Notes: generated from the letters alone by a model not told the origin. A stretch of DNA of 64,000 nt from Candidatus Micrarchaeota archaeon (GCA_964358895.1 CAYHPR010000001.1:9218-73217), one strand, 5' to 3'; positions 27,289 to 37,185 are shown, numbered from the stretch's first letter. Numbers and translations are program-made.

Positions 27289-27855
27289 TTATTTCTCCCA
27301 TCCAATGTTATGGAGAATTGATTTAAAGTCATTTGAAGTTTCATCAAGCTTACCATCTATATTTTGAATAATATAAAATGGTGAACCAGATTTTGCTGCA
27401 TACGAACCGATTAAAACTTTGGACAACAGACGATATTCATCTATCTCAACCTTGCTCAGATAGATTCTTTCACGTGTCTTGTCACTTATTCTTCTTGCAA
27501 TTATTTGATCCGAAGGAGCATCGATGAAAATGAATCCGTCAATTTTAATCTTCTGAAAGAATAATGGGTGAAGACCCGCAATGTATCCGAGCGGTTTTCT
27601 TCGGAGTATTGCATGCGTATCGACTATAGTTTTTGGTTTATTAGCAATCTTTGAAAGCTTCTTAACAACTGCATCCTGCAGCTTCAAATGCTCTTTGACT
27701 GGCAAATCAATAATACTGTCTCTATTCTTCTTTGCTATTTCTGCAACTATGTCTCCGTAATTAATGAGCGTAATTTTTGAGCTAATTTTTTTCATTGCTG
27801 CTTTCACAACAGATGACTTACCAACACCGGGCAGACCCATGACAACTAATACCAT
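27289..27855 (-). CDS. adk: Adenylate kinase (archaeal type)
   Basis: GLPGVGKSS, NYGD, IVDTHA, RR..D.TR.R. Confidence 0.9.
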   Translation of the reverse strand: MVLVVMGLPGVGKSSVVKAAMKKISSKITLINYGDIVAEIAKKNRDSIIDLPVKEHLKLQDAVVKKLSKIANKPKTIVDTHAILRRKPLGYIAGLHPLFFQKIKIDGFIFIDAPSDQIIARRISDKTRERIYLSKVEIDEYRLLSKVLIGSYAAKSGSPFYIIQNIDGKLDETSNDFKSILHNIGWEK

Positions 27856-27877
27856 ATATACCAAACACTCTTCGTAT

Positions 27878-29329
27878 TTATCCTTCTAAGAATTTCTGAA
27901 CAGATGGATACATCTCGAATAACTTTTGCTGTTTGAAATCTTCGTAAAACTTATGGATAATCCCAACAGTCAACAGAATTCCCGTTCCTCCTCCAATTGC
28001 ACCAGTGAGATCGGCTAGAACTGCGAGAAGGCCTACGAAAAGACTTCCGAGTATTGTAATTGTTGAGATATATTTCTGAAGGATTGACTCGATTATACGT
28101 GGATCTCTGCGGAAACCTGGAACTTGCATTCCGGTCTTAGTTATTTGATCAGCAATTGCAGATGGACCCATACCTGCTGCTTCTATCCAGAATCTGCCGA
28201 AGAAAACACAGGCTGTCACATAAATTAATGCATATAAAATTACATGAACAAATTCAGGAATTCCGAAAATAGGTGTTGAACCGGCGAGTGTTGCAAGATA
28301 ACCCTCATACCCAATGAATAAGGGGTTCTGGAAGGAGGTGATCATGTAAAGGATTCCATCATGGATAAATCCGTCTGGTCCAACATATCCAATTACTTGT
28401 GCAATGTTAGTGCCACCTACCATCCAATTTGCATTTGTAAGAAACGATCGTGCAAGAAGCTGAACGTTAAGTAAAAGTGCAGACGTAAGGATTACAGGTA
28501 GAACTGAAACATACAGAAGCTTGACTGGAAAACTACTTCCGAATCCTCTCACGCGATCAAACGCAAGTGGTATCTGAACTTTCACTTCCTCTGCATACAA
28601 TGAGACAATAATAATGATAAAAGTAAATACGATCGGAAGGAAGGATATAATTGCGTTAGGTATTGCCGTTGCACCACCTTGAGCAAGACGTCCAACAACC
28701 GTCAACCCAACATCAATGCCTCCTCCACCAAATATTAACGTGATTCCTCCTTGAACAACTGCAAGCGAGACTCCTGCAGCAATAAACAAGCTGATGCCTG
28801 AACCGATCCCATACTTAGATACAACTTCATCAAGGAAAATCAATAAGACCGATGCAAGTGCTACTTGTAGGATTATAATCCCCATCAGTATAGACGGGTC
28901 AATTCCGAGTGTTGTTGAAGGAACCAAATAAACTCCTGGAAGAATGAAGAGTATTGACTCGATAAATGCAAGCGCTATTCCCAATACTTTCTGCGTCGCT
29001 GAGAACAGTTGTTTGTCAGCTGGATCTTGCATATTTACATCAATTATCTTTGCTCCTGCAAAAAGTTGCAAAAAGATTGATGCAAGGATTATTGGACCGA
29101 TACCTATTGTAAGAAGAGTACCCGTTCTAGAAGCTAGAACTACCTGAATAAATTCAATAAATTGACCACCCCTCAGTTCACCACCGAATGGGATGATGTG
29201 GTACATTATGAAAAAGATAAGAAGAACTAGTGATGTCCAGATTATTTTTTCTCGCAAGACAGGTGTCTTTGTCGGCGTCTTGACTTCTGGCAGCAGCGGA
29301 ATAAGTGGTTTGATAAAATCCAAGCGCAT
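27878..29329 (-). CDS. secY: Protein translocase subunit SecY
   Basis: GIGPI, KYGIGSGISLFI, PVKLLYVS.LP, PGFRRDP, GTGILLTV. Confidence 0.97.
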   Translation of the reverse strand: MRLDFIKPLIPLLPEVKTPTKTPVLREKIIWTSLVLLIFFIMYHIIPFGGELRGGQFIEFIQVVLASRTGTLLTIGIGPIILASIFLQLFAGAKIIDVNMQDPADKQLFSATQKVLGIALAFIESILFILPGVYLVPSTTLGIDPSILMGIIILQVALASVLLIFLDEVVSKYGIGSGISLFIAAGVSLAVVQGGITLIFGGGGIDVGLTVVGRLAQGGATAIPNAIISFLPIVFTFIIIIVSLYAEEVKVQIPLAFDRVRGFGSSFPVKLLYVSVLPVILTSALLLNVQLLARSFLTNANWMVGGTNIAQVIGYVGPDGFIHDGILYMITSFQNPLFIGYEGYLATLAGSTPIFGIPEFVHVILYALIYVTACVFFGRFWIEAAGMGPSAIADQITKTGMQVPGFRRDPRIIESILQKYISTITILGSLFVGLLAVLADLTGAIGGGTGILLTVGIIHKFYEDFKQQKLFEMYPSVQKFLEG

Positions 29330-29345
29330 TTGTTAACTCACCGAT

Positions 29346-29804
29346 TTATTCTGGTTGTTTACCTTCTGCCTTTTGGCCTTTCATCTTATTTTCCATTAAT
29401 TCAATTTTTCCTCCTGCTGATTCAATCTTTTGTTTTGCAGATTCTGAAAATGCCCGTGCTTTAACATTGACTGCGACATCAATTTTACCTGTTCCAAGAA
29501 CTTTGCCATCAAAAGCAAGGTTTGACATTCCTGTTGTCTTTTCAAGTCTACCTGCTTTCGCCCATTGTGAGATAAGATCGACATTAATAAAATCAAGCGG
29601 TGGTTTTGCAGTTGGTCTGACAAATCCAAACTTACCAAAATGGTCTGGTTCATATTTAACTATCCAAGTCCATCTATGCTTACCGGATCCAGCATAACCT
29701 CTGCCACCTCGGGATCCAGTCCCTCGTCTATTCTTGGTATTACCTGCGCCCCAATTTCGGCTTCCTAAATATTTTTTCCATTTTCTTGGATGTCTTCGTG
29801 CCAT
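29346..29804 (-). CDS. rpl15: 50S ribosomal protein L15 (uL15)
   Basis: RGGRG.AG..KH, FGK.GF, KVLGTG, KIESAGG. Confidence 0.95.
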   Translation of the reverse strand: MARRHPRKWKKYLGSRNWGAGNTKNRRGTGSRGGRGYAGSGKHRWTWIVKYEPDHFGKFGFVRPTAKPPLDFINVDLISQWAKAGRLEKTTGMSNLAFDGKVLGTGKIDVAVNVKARAFSESAKQKIESAGGKIELMENKMKGQKAEGKQPE

Positions 29805-29870
29805 AACAACAACCTACGGTTTTTGTATTTCCTAGTTATTTATCTACTACAGTTTTTGTATTTCCCTAAT
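29805..29870 (-). repeat. Two units of the leader motif upstream of rpl15
   Basis: TAGGGAAATACAAAAACTGTAG and CTAGGAAATACAAAAACCGTAGGTTGTTGTT-ATG (1 mismatch from the rps4 copy). Confidence 0.78.
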
Positions 29871-29889
29871 TAATAATTTTCATATCTAA

Positions 29890-30312
29890 CTACATCATTC
29901 GGTCTAACAATTGATTGATATTTTCTCCACGGAACCCGTTTGCACCTTTAGGATAGACTCCTTTCATCATTTTCCATCCCTTTCTTGGAGGGTTAAGCCT
30001 GAATACTGGCTTGATGCCGGTTGGCTCATTCTTTTCGATTGCTGAAACGACTTTTTTAACCATGTCCGTTGTAACTCGTTTATCCCCTGACAATCTCCCT
30101 CTCTTTTCAACAAGATCGGCAAGTGTCTCTTTGGAGATAGGACCCCATGTAACAAAATCCTTGCAAACATTAAGCATCCCCTTTAGAGATACTGACTCAT
30201 TAACAAGCACGCAGTGATTCTTTCTCGTAAGTCTCAATAAATGGATAGTTGTCTTAATCTCTGGTTTCATACCTGAAAGGCCTCGGACTAAAACAATTGC
30301 TAGTAATACCAT
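29890..30312 (-). CDS. rpl30: 50S ribosomal protein L30 (uL30)
   Basis: LRLTRKNHCV, KDFVTWG, PVFRLNPPRKG. Confidence 0.95.
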   Translation of the reverse strand: MVLLAIVLVRGLSGMKPEIKTTIHLLRLTRKNHCVLVNESVSLKGMLNVCKDFVTWGPISKETLADLVEKRGRLSGDKRVTTDMVKKVVSAIEKNEPTGIKPVFRLNPPRKGWKMMKGVYPKGANGFRGENINQLLDRMM

Positions 30313-30395
30313 ATTCTCACATTTTATTTTCTTATTTTATTTCTCATTTATTTCTTAGTTCATCATTCTTATTTGCTTACTCTAGCAGCATAATC

Positions 30396-31058
30396 TTACG
30401 ACCATTCCTGCTTAATCCTAATCTGATTTAATTGATCGATTGCATCGACAACTGCTCTCGCAATGTTGAAACGATTTCTTGTTCTTCCTTCTGCCTTTGT
30501 CCACACATCACGAATACCTGCAAGCTGCAATACTTTTCTAACAATTTTATTTGCGACAATGCCTGTTCCGCGTGGAGCTGGTATAAGCATAACCCTAACA
30601 CCACCATGACGTCCCGTCACTCTGATTGGAAGACTGTGCTTCGTTCCACAGGCACACTGTGCAGATCCACAACCTAGGTTAGTATGAACAACATTAATCT
30701 TGGCGTCTTTGATAGCAGTTTCAATTGCTGGCCTAACTTCATCAGCTTTCCCTTGACCAATTGAAATGAATTTTTCTTGATCACCAATAACTACGACAGC
30801 TCTGTATTTGGATTTTCTTCCAGAATCAGTCATTCTCTGTGTTGTTGAGAGCTCAACTGTTTCTTGCTGAATGTTTGGAACTAAATAATCAACAATTTCT
30901 GATTCAAGGATCTTTTTCCCTTTTGCTAAAACCTCTTCAAGTGATGTGATCTCCTTTTCCTTTACGGCTCTTCCTATCGCAGTTCTTGGAACCCATGAAT
31001 CTATGGCTGCCTGATCAATTGCAGATGTCCGCTTCATTTTTCCTCGTCTTAGTTTCAT
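30396..31058 (-). CDS. rps5: 30S ribosomal protein S5 (uS5)
   Basis: WVPRT, QRMTDSGR, PAPRGTG, LAGIRDVW. Confidence 0.96.
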   Translation of the reverse strand: MKLRRGKMKRTSAIDQAAIDSWVPRTAIGRAVKEKEITSLEEVLAKGKKILESEIVDYLVPNIQQETVELSTTQRMTDSGRKSKYRAVVVIGDQEKFISIGQGKADEVRPAIETAIKDAKINVVHTNLGCGSAQCACGTKHSLPIRVTGRHGGVRVMLIPAPRGTGIVANKIVRKVLQLAGIRDVWTKAEGRTRNRFNIARAVVDAIDQLNQIRIKQEWS

Positions 31059-31094
31059 TTTATCATTTCCCCTTATCGATTATTCTTAATGATT

Positions 31095-31673
31095 TTACTC
31101 TTTCATTATCTTTTGCTTAACGTCATTAAACAACTGTTCAATATTCTCAGGTTTAACTCCGGCCTTAATATAATCACCAAACTGCAGTTTATACTTGTCA
31201 CTGCCAGCTATTGATTTAGCGTAATCAGCTATGTGCTTTCCATTAACTCTTGATTCATCAACTTTAATTTCACCAGCTGGGATCTCAACGCCTGCATCTT
31301 TGAATCCTTTTAATGTTGCAAATATGAAGGAACCCTTTCCTGGCGATGAAAGACCGCTATCGAGGATTGCATTCTTTACTTTCTTTTTAATTGCCGTTCT
31401 TCCGCATAAAAGACCTACTAAATATGCAGTTGGAAGATTTGCTCTTGGATGCCAACCAAACTTTTTCAAATCAGCAGAATTAACGCTGAATATTGTTTTG
31501 TCGAACTTTTCGTTGTATTCAACTATATGTGAAACTATGCTTCTATTTGACTTTCTAACAACAAATCTCGCAATACCGGACTTGAGCAGAGCTAACCTCT
31601 TTCTGTAATTAGTAACGCCGTTTCTTCTGCGTTTAAATGCAACAATATACGTTGGTCCGGTTGCTTTTGACAT
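31095..31673 (-). CDS. rpl18: 50S ribosomal protein L18 (uL18)
   Basis: RRR.G.TNYRKRL.LLKS, NLPTAYLVG. Confidence 0.95.
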   Translation of the reverse strand: MSKATGPTYIVAFKRRRNGVTNYRKRLALLKSGIARFVVRKSNRSIVSHIVEYNEKFDKTIFSVNSADLKKFGWHPRANLPTAYLVGLLCGRTAIKKKVKNAILDSGLSSPGKGSFIFATLKGFKDAGVEIPAGEIKVDESRVNGKHIADYAKSIAGSDKYKLQFGDYIKAGVKPENIEQLFNDVKQKIMKE

Positions 31674-31712
31674 AAATTCCACACACATTTTCTAAATATT
31701 TTTAAACATACA

Positions 31713-32165
31713 TCAGACTTTTGCTTTTAGATAACCCTTCTCCTTTAGATAATTTGTAAGGTGAGCTCTGTCTGGAAATTCGCCACCTTTTATCTTGTAA
31801 TAAACCATCCTGAATCCACTTGTGAGCATATTCTTTGTTCTCAAATTTTTCAACAGTTCACGCTGAGCACGTATACGATTCATCCATGCTTTCTTTCCGC
31901 CCATTCTAGTCTTACCAGTTCCATGGCGCTTTCCTTGTCCGGATCTTCGGCCCTTTCTTCTTTTTGTATCATGAATACGTCCACTGACACGCGGCACTCC
32001 TTTAACTTGCGGAGCAGTAATGTAACCAAGTCTGATTAATCGTCTTACATCGTCTTTTGTAACTGCTTTTGCTATCTCAGTAAGCTGCGATGGATCAATC
32101 CAAACTCTTGATTCACCTACCTTAAGCAAATCAGCGGACATTCTTCTTAACGTTTTCATAGACAT
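31713..32165 (-). CDS. rpl19e: 50S ribosomal protein L19e
   Basis: VGESRVWIDP, GRR.G.G.R.G, WMNRIRAQR. Confidence 0.95.
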   Translation of the reverse strand: MSMKTLRRMSADLLKVGESRVWIDPSQLTEIAKAVTKDDVRRLIRLGYITAPQVKGVPRVSGRIHDTKRRKGRRSGQGKRHGTGKTRMGGKKAWMNRIRAQRELLKNLRTKNMLTSGFRMVYYKIKGGEFPDRAHLTNYLKEKGYLKAKV

Positions 32166-32189
32166 AAATATCACTTATCATACTTGTAA

Positions 32190-32621
32190 TTACTGTTTTA
32201 CAACCGGTTGTGACTGTGTTTGTTTTGCTGGTTGTATTGGTTGTGGTTTAGCTGGTTGCGGTTGAACTGACACATTTTTTTCTTTCGTTTCAACTGCACT
32301 ATTAAGCACACGTAACTTCATTGACTTTGCCTTTTCAAGAATCACCATCTTTTTCTTTGAACCAACTGATGCGGCAATTCGGATAACTACGTTTGATGCG
32401 CCACTGAGATCTGCTAAGTTTCTGACAAGTAGCTCTCTCAAACCAGATGGATGGATATCACGTTGATCACGTGGGGAACGCCAGCCTATGGTTGGCGATG
32501 CACCCATGATTTTCTTAGAAATTCTCTTCTTATTGTCAATACCCATTGGTTTTCTCCATCTTTCCTTGACTCTCTTCTTTCTTCCGAAATTCGGAGGTAA
32601 AAACTTTGGATGTTTTCTCAT
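32190..32621 (-). CDS. rpl32e: 50S ribosomal protein L32e
   Basis: WRKP.GIDNK, HPSG, IAASVG.KK. Confidence 0.93.
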   Translation of the reverse strand: MRKHPKFLPPNFGRKKRVKERWRKPMGIDNKKRISKKIMGASPTIGWRSPRDQRDIHPSGLRELLVRNLADLSGASNVVIRIAASVGSKKKMVILEKAKSMKLRVLNSAVETKEKNVSVQPQPAKPQPIQPAKQTQSQPVVKQ

Positions 32622-32652
32622 AAATATCACAAATTATTGTACTAATCATTAT

Positions 32653-33153
32653 TTATTCAACTGGATATATCCCATCCTGAAAAACACGCGGATCTTTTTG
32701 CTTGATGTGCGTTGCTGTTCTTAGGTTAGCAGCAGTCTGACCAACTGCGTACTTATCCGGTCCAGTTATGGTTATGAATTCTTTCTCAATTTTAACAACT
32801 GTGTCTCCAACAATCTCTGCGATTCTAGGAATTTTCTCTCCGAGAAAATTCTTGATGGATATTACTTTCCCTTTAATTTCAATAGTCATTGGAAAATGAA
32901 CATAAAGAATCTGTAGCTTTTTCTTGTGACCTTCTGTGACACCTTTCTCTGCAGCTTTAACTAACGCAATGGTTGTATTTACCTTCTCTTTGCCCATAGA
33001 ACTAATTGATATATCCTGACCAGCAATATGGATATCAACTGCAGGGATAACGATTCTTGCTTTTCCTTTTGGCCCAGTCACAACTAGATCTTTGTTAGCT
33101 AGCGAAATGCTGACACCAGATTGAAGTGTTAATTTTTCTTCCATATTCATCAT
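32653..33153 (-). CDS. rpl6: 50S ribosomal protein L6 (uL6)
   Basis: GPKG, HFP, NFLGEK, KDPRVFQDGIY. Confidence 0.95.
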   Translation of the reverse strand: MMNMEEKLTLQSGVSISLANKDLVVTGPKGKARIVIPAVDIHIAGQDISISSMGKEKVNTTIALVKAAEKGVTEGHKKKLQILYVHFPMTIEIKGKVISIKNFLGEKIPRIAEIVGDTVVKIEKEFITITGPDKYAVGQTAANLRTATHIKQKDPRVFQDGIYPVE

Positions 33154-33157
33154 CCAT

Positions 33158-33541
33158 TTAGTAAACGTAAGCGATTAGTCTTCCTCCTGATTTAAGCTCG
33201 CGGATCTCCTTATTTGTAACAAGACCTTTTGGAGTTGAAATTATGACGATTCCGAAATCTTTAGATGGCAGGTATTGTTCTTCGACATCTGCAATCTGCG
33301 TCTGCTTAATTGCAAATCTTGGATTCACAACTGCACAATCATTTATCGGTCCGAGTCCGTTAACTGTGTAAAACCCTCCTTTGCTGTCCTTCACGAATTC
33401 GAAGCCCTTCAGATAACCTTCACGCTGGAGAAGATTGAGAACATCTCCGATTAATTTAGATGCCGGAACTTTGCATTCATCCTTCCCGGCTCTTCTGTGA
33501 ACTTTTATTATATTCAATGTTTCTGCTAATAAATCAGCCAT
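33158..33541 (-). CDS. rps8: 30S ribosomal protein S8 (uS8)
   Basis: PASKLI, YLPSKDFG, STPKG, GGRLIAYVY. Confidence 0.95.
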   Translation of the reverse strand: MADLLAETLNIIKVHRRAGKDECKVPASKLIGDVLNLLQREGYLKGFEFVKDSKGGFYTVNGLGPINDCAVVNPRFAIKQTQIADVEEQYLPSKDFGIVIISTPKGLVTNKEIRELKSGGRLIAYVY

Positions 33542-33549
33542 AGTATCAT

Positions 33550-33717
33550 CTATTGTCCTCCAAATTTCTTGAAACCAATTCTTTCTCCTACTTCTCTAAA
33601 GCAACGTCTGCAGATGTACAATCCGTACTTTCTTATCATACCTCTAGGAGTACCACAAAGTTTACATATTCTTTTTCCTTTACCCTTAAATGCGATCTGC
33701 AATCTTTTTTCATTCAT
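33550..33717 (-). CDS. rps14: 30S ribosomal protein S14 (uS14, Zn-binding; not in ORF track)
   Basis: MNEKRL...[34 protein letters not shown]. Confidence 0.93.
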   Translation of the reverse strand: MNEKRLQIAFKGKGKRICKLCGTPRGMIRKYGLYICRRCFREVGERIGFKKFGGQ

Positions 33718-34216
33718 AAACATTCACCTTGAAATTTTTTGTAAGAAATTCAATTGTCTCATCAGGTTTGACTCGATGCCTTAATGGAAGTGTTGATTTT
33801 TTTCTCCTTCTTAGCATAACTCTCCTACCTGGCCTAACCATTGTTACAGCAATATCAAATCCAATAATACCTATCGTTGGATCATATTTTGCACCTGGGA
33901 AATCGATATATTCTCTGATTCCGAATGCAAAATTTCCTAATTTATCTATTGATCGGCTATTGAGCTGTAAGTCAACTGCATCAAATGCTCTCTTGAGGAA
34001 TTCCGTTGCTTCTTCTCCTCTAAGTGTGATCTTTGCTCCTATAGTATCTCCTTTTCTAATCTTAAATACCTGTTCTCTCTGTCTTGCTTTTGTGAGAGCA
34101 GCAGTTCTTCCAGTAATTCTTTCAATAACTTTTTTGGCCTTCTGGAGTCTGTCTCCGGTCTCGCCTACGCCGACATTCACTGTAACTTTTTCAACTTTGA
34201 GATCTGTCATTGTCAT
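33710..34216 (-). CDS. rpl5: 50S ribosomal protein L5 (uL5)
   Basis: [30 protein letters not shown]. Confidence 0.96.
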   Translation of the reverse strand: MTMTDLKVEKVTVNVGVGETGDRLQKAKKVIERITGRTAALTKARQREQVFKIRKGDTIGAKITLRGEEATEFLKRAFDAVDLQLNSRSIDKLGNFAFGIREYIDFPGAKYDPTIGIIGFDIAVTMVRPGRRVMLRRRKKSTLPLRHRVKPDETIEFLTKNFKVNVYE

Positions 34217-34262
34217 GTAACAACCTACGGTTTTTACCATTTCCTAATCATTTATTTCTCTA

Positions 34263-34946
34263 TCAGAATTTCTGATCCCCTATTGGAAATATGTAAGACT
34301 TTAGCGTTGTATAAGTCTCGTTTCCAATTTTACATTTAACTTCTGGAATGCGTGTTGCACTTCCAGGGATTATTTCTTCAATTTTTCCAGTCTTACCTAC
34401 GTGCTTTCCACCTACGATAATGCAAGCTGCACCTTCCTTTAACGGATTGCACGCTTTAGCCTTACCGTCAGGAATTGAAATTGTGATACTGTCGCCAACA
34501 TTGCAAGAAAAATCAACTACAGTTCTGCCGTCATGTAAAGAGAGTTGTATCTTTCCGCCTTTCGATCTGAATTTTCTTTCCACTCTACAAAGTTTAACGT
34601 TTGGATTTCCTGTTTCAGCAAAAACAAGTCTCCCTTTTTCATCATAAAGTGCTCTCCACTTTTTGTCACCAACTGAAATTATATCCATTAGTCCTATTGG
34701 GTGCTTAAGTTCAGTTGTAACTATTCCATCAAGCTTAACTGTTCGTTCGTTTAGAATGACCTTAGACTCACGGTTTGTATCTGAAACTCCGAGTTCTTTA
34801 AGAACAAATGACAATGGAACTGCAGAAGCAATGCTATGCTTTCCAGGCAATGCTCTTTGTAGCCATACTCTCTGCTTTCTTCCTGTTTTAACTACCTTAG
34901 AAGCAGCCAACAATTTCAAGTGTTTTGTTCCACCACGTTTCGCCAT
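34263..34946 (-). CDS. rps4e: 30S ribosomal protein S4e
   Basis: KHLK.L, PG.H, PIGLMDII, HDGRT, GGKHVG. Confidence 0.94.
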   Translation of the reverse strand: MAKRGGTKHLKLLAASKVVKTGRKQRVWLQRALPGKHSIASAVPLSFVLKELGVSDTNRESKVILNERTVKLDGIVTTELKHPIGLMDIISVGDKKWRALYDEKGRLVFAETGNPNVKLCRVERKFRSKGGKIQLSLHDGRTVVDFSCNVGDSITISIPDGKAKACNPLKEGAACIIVGGKHVGKTGKIEEIIPGSATRIPEVKCKIGNETYTTLKSYIFPIGDQKF

Positions 34947-34989
34947 ATAGACACCTACAATTTCTATTATTTCCTTATCTCCTAATCAT

Positions 34990-35319
34990 TTACTTTCTTT
35001 CGACCATTTCAATTATCATTACATTTGACGGCTGTAGAGGGAATGAGATCTCCTGTCCTTTTGCTTTGCGATAGCTTACTCCCTCAATCTTAATTTTCCC
35101 ATCGCTTAAACTTATTGACATCACTTTCCCTTCTTTTCCTTTGAATTTTCCTCTCATGACTCGCACTTTGTCACCTTTCTTAAGGCGAACTGCTCTTTTC
35201 TTCATCTTAGCTCTGAGCTCCTTGCTTAGATGCGCATGTACAAAGTGTCCTCTTATATGAAGAGGCGCTGTAAATTGGAATTTTCTTTGTGTTCTGAATT
35301 TTCTTGATTTCATAACCAT
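34990..35319 (-). CDS. rpl24: 50S ribosomal protein L24 (uL24)
   Basis: QRK...APLH, LSKELR, KGDKVRVMRG, PSNV. Confidence 0.95.
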   Translation of the reverse strand: MVMKSRKFRTQRKFQFTAPLHIRGHFVHAHLSKELRAKMKKRAVRLKKGDKVRVMRGKFKGKEGKVMSISLSDGKIKIEGVSYRKAKGQEISFPLQPSNVMIIEMVERK

Positions 35320-35350
35320 AAACTCACATCTTACGTCATTAGTTAATTCA

Positions 35351-35749
35351 TCAGATAATCGACCAAGCAATTGCGGCTACTTTCGGATATCTTTCTGCAA
35401 CTTCTCTTGCTACAACTCCTTTGACTTCTGTTCCTTTTGGCAACCCTGTTTCATCGATTAATGCGCACGCATTATCCTCGAAAGAAACATGCAGCCCATT
35501 TGCTCTTCGCATTTCCTTTTTTTGCCTGATTATCAAAGCACGCTCCACTTTCTTTATCATCTGTGGGCTTCCTTTCTTCACAGCAACAATTGCAATGTCG
35601 CCGATACCGACTCGCGGCAATCTTGAACGCTTGCTTGCTGCCTGAATAACACCGATAATCTGAACAACTTTAGCACCACTGTTATCGTCACAGTTTAGGA
35701 AAGCCCCAACGGGCAACGATCTCGGGATAACTGTTGCGATTCCTTTCAT
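35351..35749 (-). CDS. rpl14: 50S ribosomal protein L14 (uL14)
   Basis: DNSGAK, FEDNA, PKGTE.KG.VARE. Confidence 0.96.
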   Translation of the reverse strand: MKGIATVIPRSLPVGAFLNCDDNSGAKVVQIIGVIQAASKRSRLPRVGIGDIAIVAVKKGSPQMIKKVERALIIRQKKEMRRANGLHVSFEDNACALIDETGLPKGTEVKGVVAREVAERYPKVAAIAWSII

Positions 35750-36093
35750 TATTCCACTTTCTCCTTTGTCTTTTTCTCCTTCTTCACACCGTCTTCAGTC
35801 TTTTTTATCACTTCAACAATAGTCCAAGCTTTTGTTCTACTCAGTTTCCTGCATTCACCGATTTTGACATAGTCTCCTTCCTTAGCTGAAATGCATGCAG
35901 GATTGTGAACTGCAATTCTTGAACGTGAACGAGCGTAACGTCTGTATTTTGTAAGATATATGATCCTAGGTCTTTCAACAATGGCAGTATGCTTAGCTTT
36001 AGCACTAACTACGTTTCCTTCGAGAAACTGGCCTCTAACCTTAACATCGCCATGGATGTAACATTTTTCATCTCCACATTCAGCTTTTTCCAT
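35749..36093 (-). CDS. rps17: 30S ribosomal protein S17 (uS17)
   Basis: C.D.KC..HG..KVRG, KYRRY, HNP.C, ECRKLS.TK. Confidence 0.95.
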   Translation of the reverse strand: MEKAECGDEKCYIHGDVKVRGQFLEGNVVSAKAKHTAIVERPRIIYLTKYRRYARSRSRIAVHNPACISAKEGDYVKIGECRKLSRTKAWTIVEVIKKTEDGVKKEKKTKEKVE

Positions 36094-36105
36094 AATCAAA
36101 TCACC

Positions 36106-36128
36106 GAAACTTTTTTATAAAAAGTTTC
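36106..36128. repeat. Dispersed hairpin repeat family, copy abutting the rps17 SD
   Basis: GAAACTTTTT-TAT-AAAAAGTTTC followed by ATCAAAA. Confidence 0.7.
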
Positions 36129-36177
36129 ATCAAAACCATAAATCATTATCGTAATCTCATATACCTTTTACATTATT

Positions 36178-36438
36178 TTATTTAACTTTTTTTGGACGAT
36201 CTTCGGGACGAAATAGAACCTTTGAGCCATCGATTTCGAAGGAGATTTTATCTTTAACAAATTTGAAGAGCGTACTCACCTTTGGAATACGAACTTCCTT
36301 ACCGTCCTTCTTTTCAATGACGAACAAATTCTTTGTCTCGTCTATTACAAACCCACTAATACCTATCCTCTCTTTTGCTGTGCTTTTCACAACTTTCACT
36401 TGAAGACCAATAAACTCAATCGCATACTTGGAAACCAT
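36178..36438 (-). CDS. rnp1: RNase P protein subunit Rpp29/Pop4
   Basis: EFIGL.V, G.VIDETKN, RIPK, RPEDR. Confidence 0.9.
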   Translation of the reverse strand: MVSKYAIEFIGLQVKVVKSTAKERIGISGFVIDETKNLFVIEKKDGKEVRIPKVSTLFKFVKDKISFEIDGSKVLFRPEDRPKKVK

Positions 36439-36477
36439 CGAAATCACAGCATCAATTTGACACGTTCATACTTCAAA

Positions 36478-36819
36478 TCAGATTGCTATACTCTCTTCTG
36501 GATATCCGAGCGCAACAAGCGCTTTCTTCAATTTTGACTTGTGGTCTCCTTGAAGAATGATTTGATCATCTTTTACCGTTCCACCGCACGCCATTTTTTT
36601 CTTCAGCTGCTTCGCAACTTTCTCAATGGCATTCTTTTCGATGCCAGTGATGATTGTTACAAGCTTTCCGTACGTTGCTTTGGTAACTTTGACTTTGATC
36701 TTTTGCGCAGTTTCCTTCTCAATAACCGAACAAGAACAAATCTCCTTCGGCAGACCGCAACCAGAACAAATTCCTCCAATCATTCCATGTACTCCACATG
36801 TCGGACAGGTATCACCGAT
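36478..36819 (-). CDS. Translation initiation factor aIF1/SUI1; start ambiguous (ATC 36819, ATG 36783 or GTG 36828)
   Basis: CGLPKEIC.C, GK.VTIITG, LKKKMACGGTVK, LQGDH. Confidence 0.9.
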   Translation of the reverse strand: MGDTCPTCGVHGMIGGICSGCGLPKEICSCSVIEKETAQKIKVKVTKATYGKLVTIITGIEKNAIEKVAKQLKKKMACGGTVKDDQIILQGDHKSKLKKALVALGYPEESIAI

Positions 36820-36861
36820 CGTTCTCACCTCTTTTGTTTTTAATTTCCATAAATATAAACC

Positions 36862-37140
36862 TCATTTCGTTTTTATTTCGTTTTTGACTTCAGTTAATTT
36901 TGCTTTAACTTGAGTTGGTTTAGTCATCTTATTTTTCTTAAGAGCTGCGCGTTCTTTTTCTCCCATGATTGTCTTTACGCGGGCAATTAATCTTCTGAGT
37001 GTTCTGATCTTGCCAGGATTTTGAACACGTCCACCTGATGTAGACTTCCCACCTAGCTCTGCGTTCATCTCTCGATTTAAATCGCCCAACTTATGTGTTA
37101 GACCATCTTCCGGTAATTCACGAATTTCCTTATTTTTCAT
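36862..37140 (-). CDS. rpl29: 50S ribosomal protein L29 (uL29)
   Basis: NPGKIR.LRR.IARVKT. Confidence 0.92.
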   Translation of the reverse strand: MKNKEIRELPEDGLTHKLGDLNREMNAELGGKSTSGGRVQNPGKIRTLRRLIARVKTIMGEKERAALKKNKMTKPTQVKAKLTEVKNEIKTK

Positions 37141-37185
37141 AAATATCACATTTCAATTTCATATTCTATTTTCATAGCTCATTGA

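Noticed and set aside
33729..34220. 163-aa plus-strand ORF and the many similar antisense ORFs in the track
   Set aside because: They are shadows of well-conserved genes on the opposite strand and have no motifs
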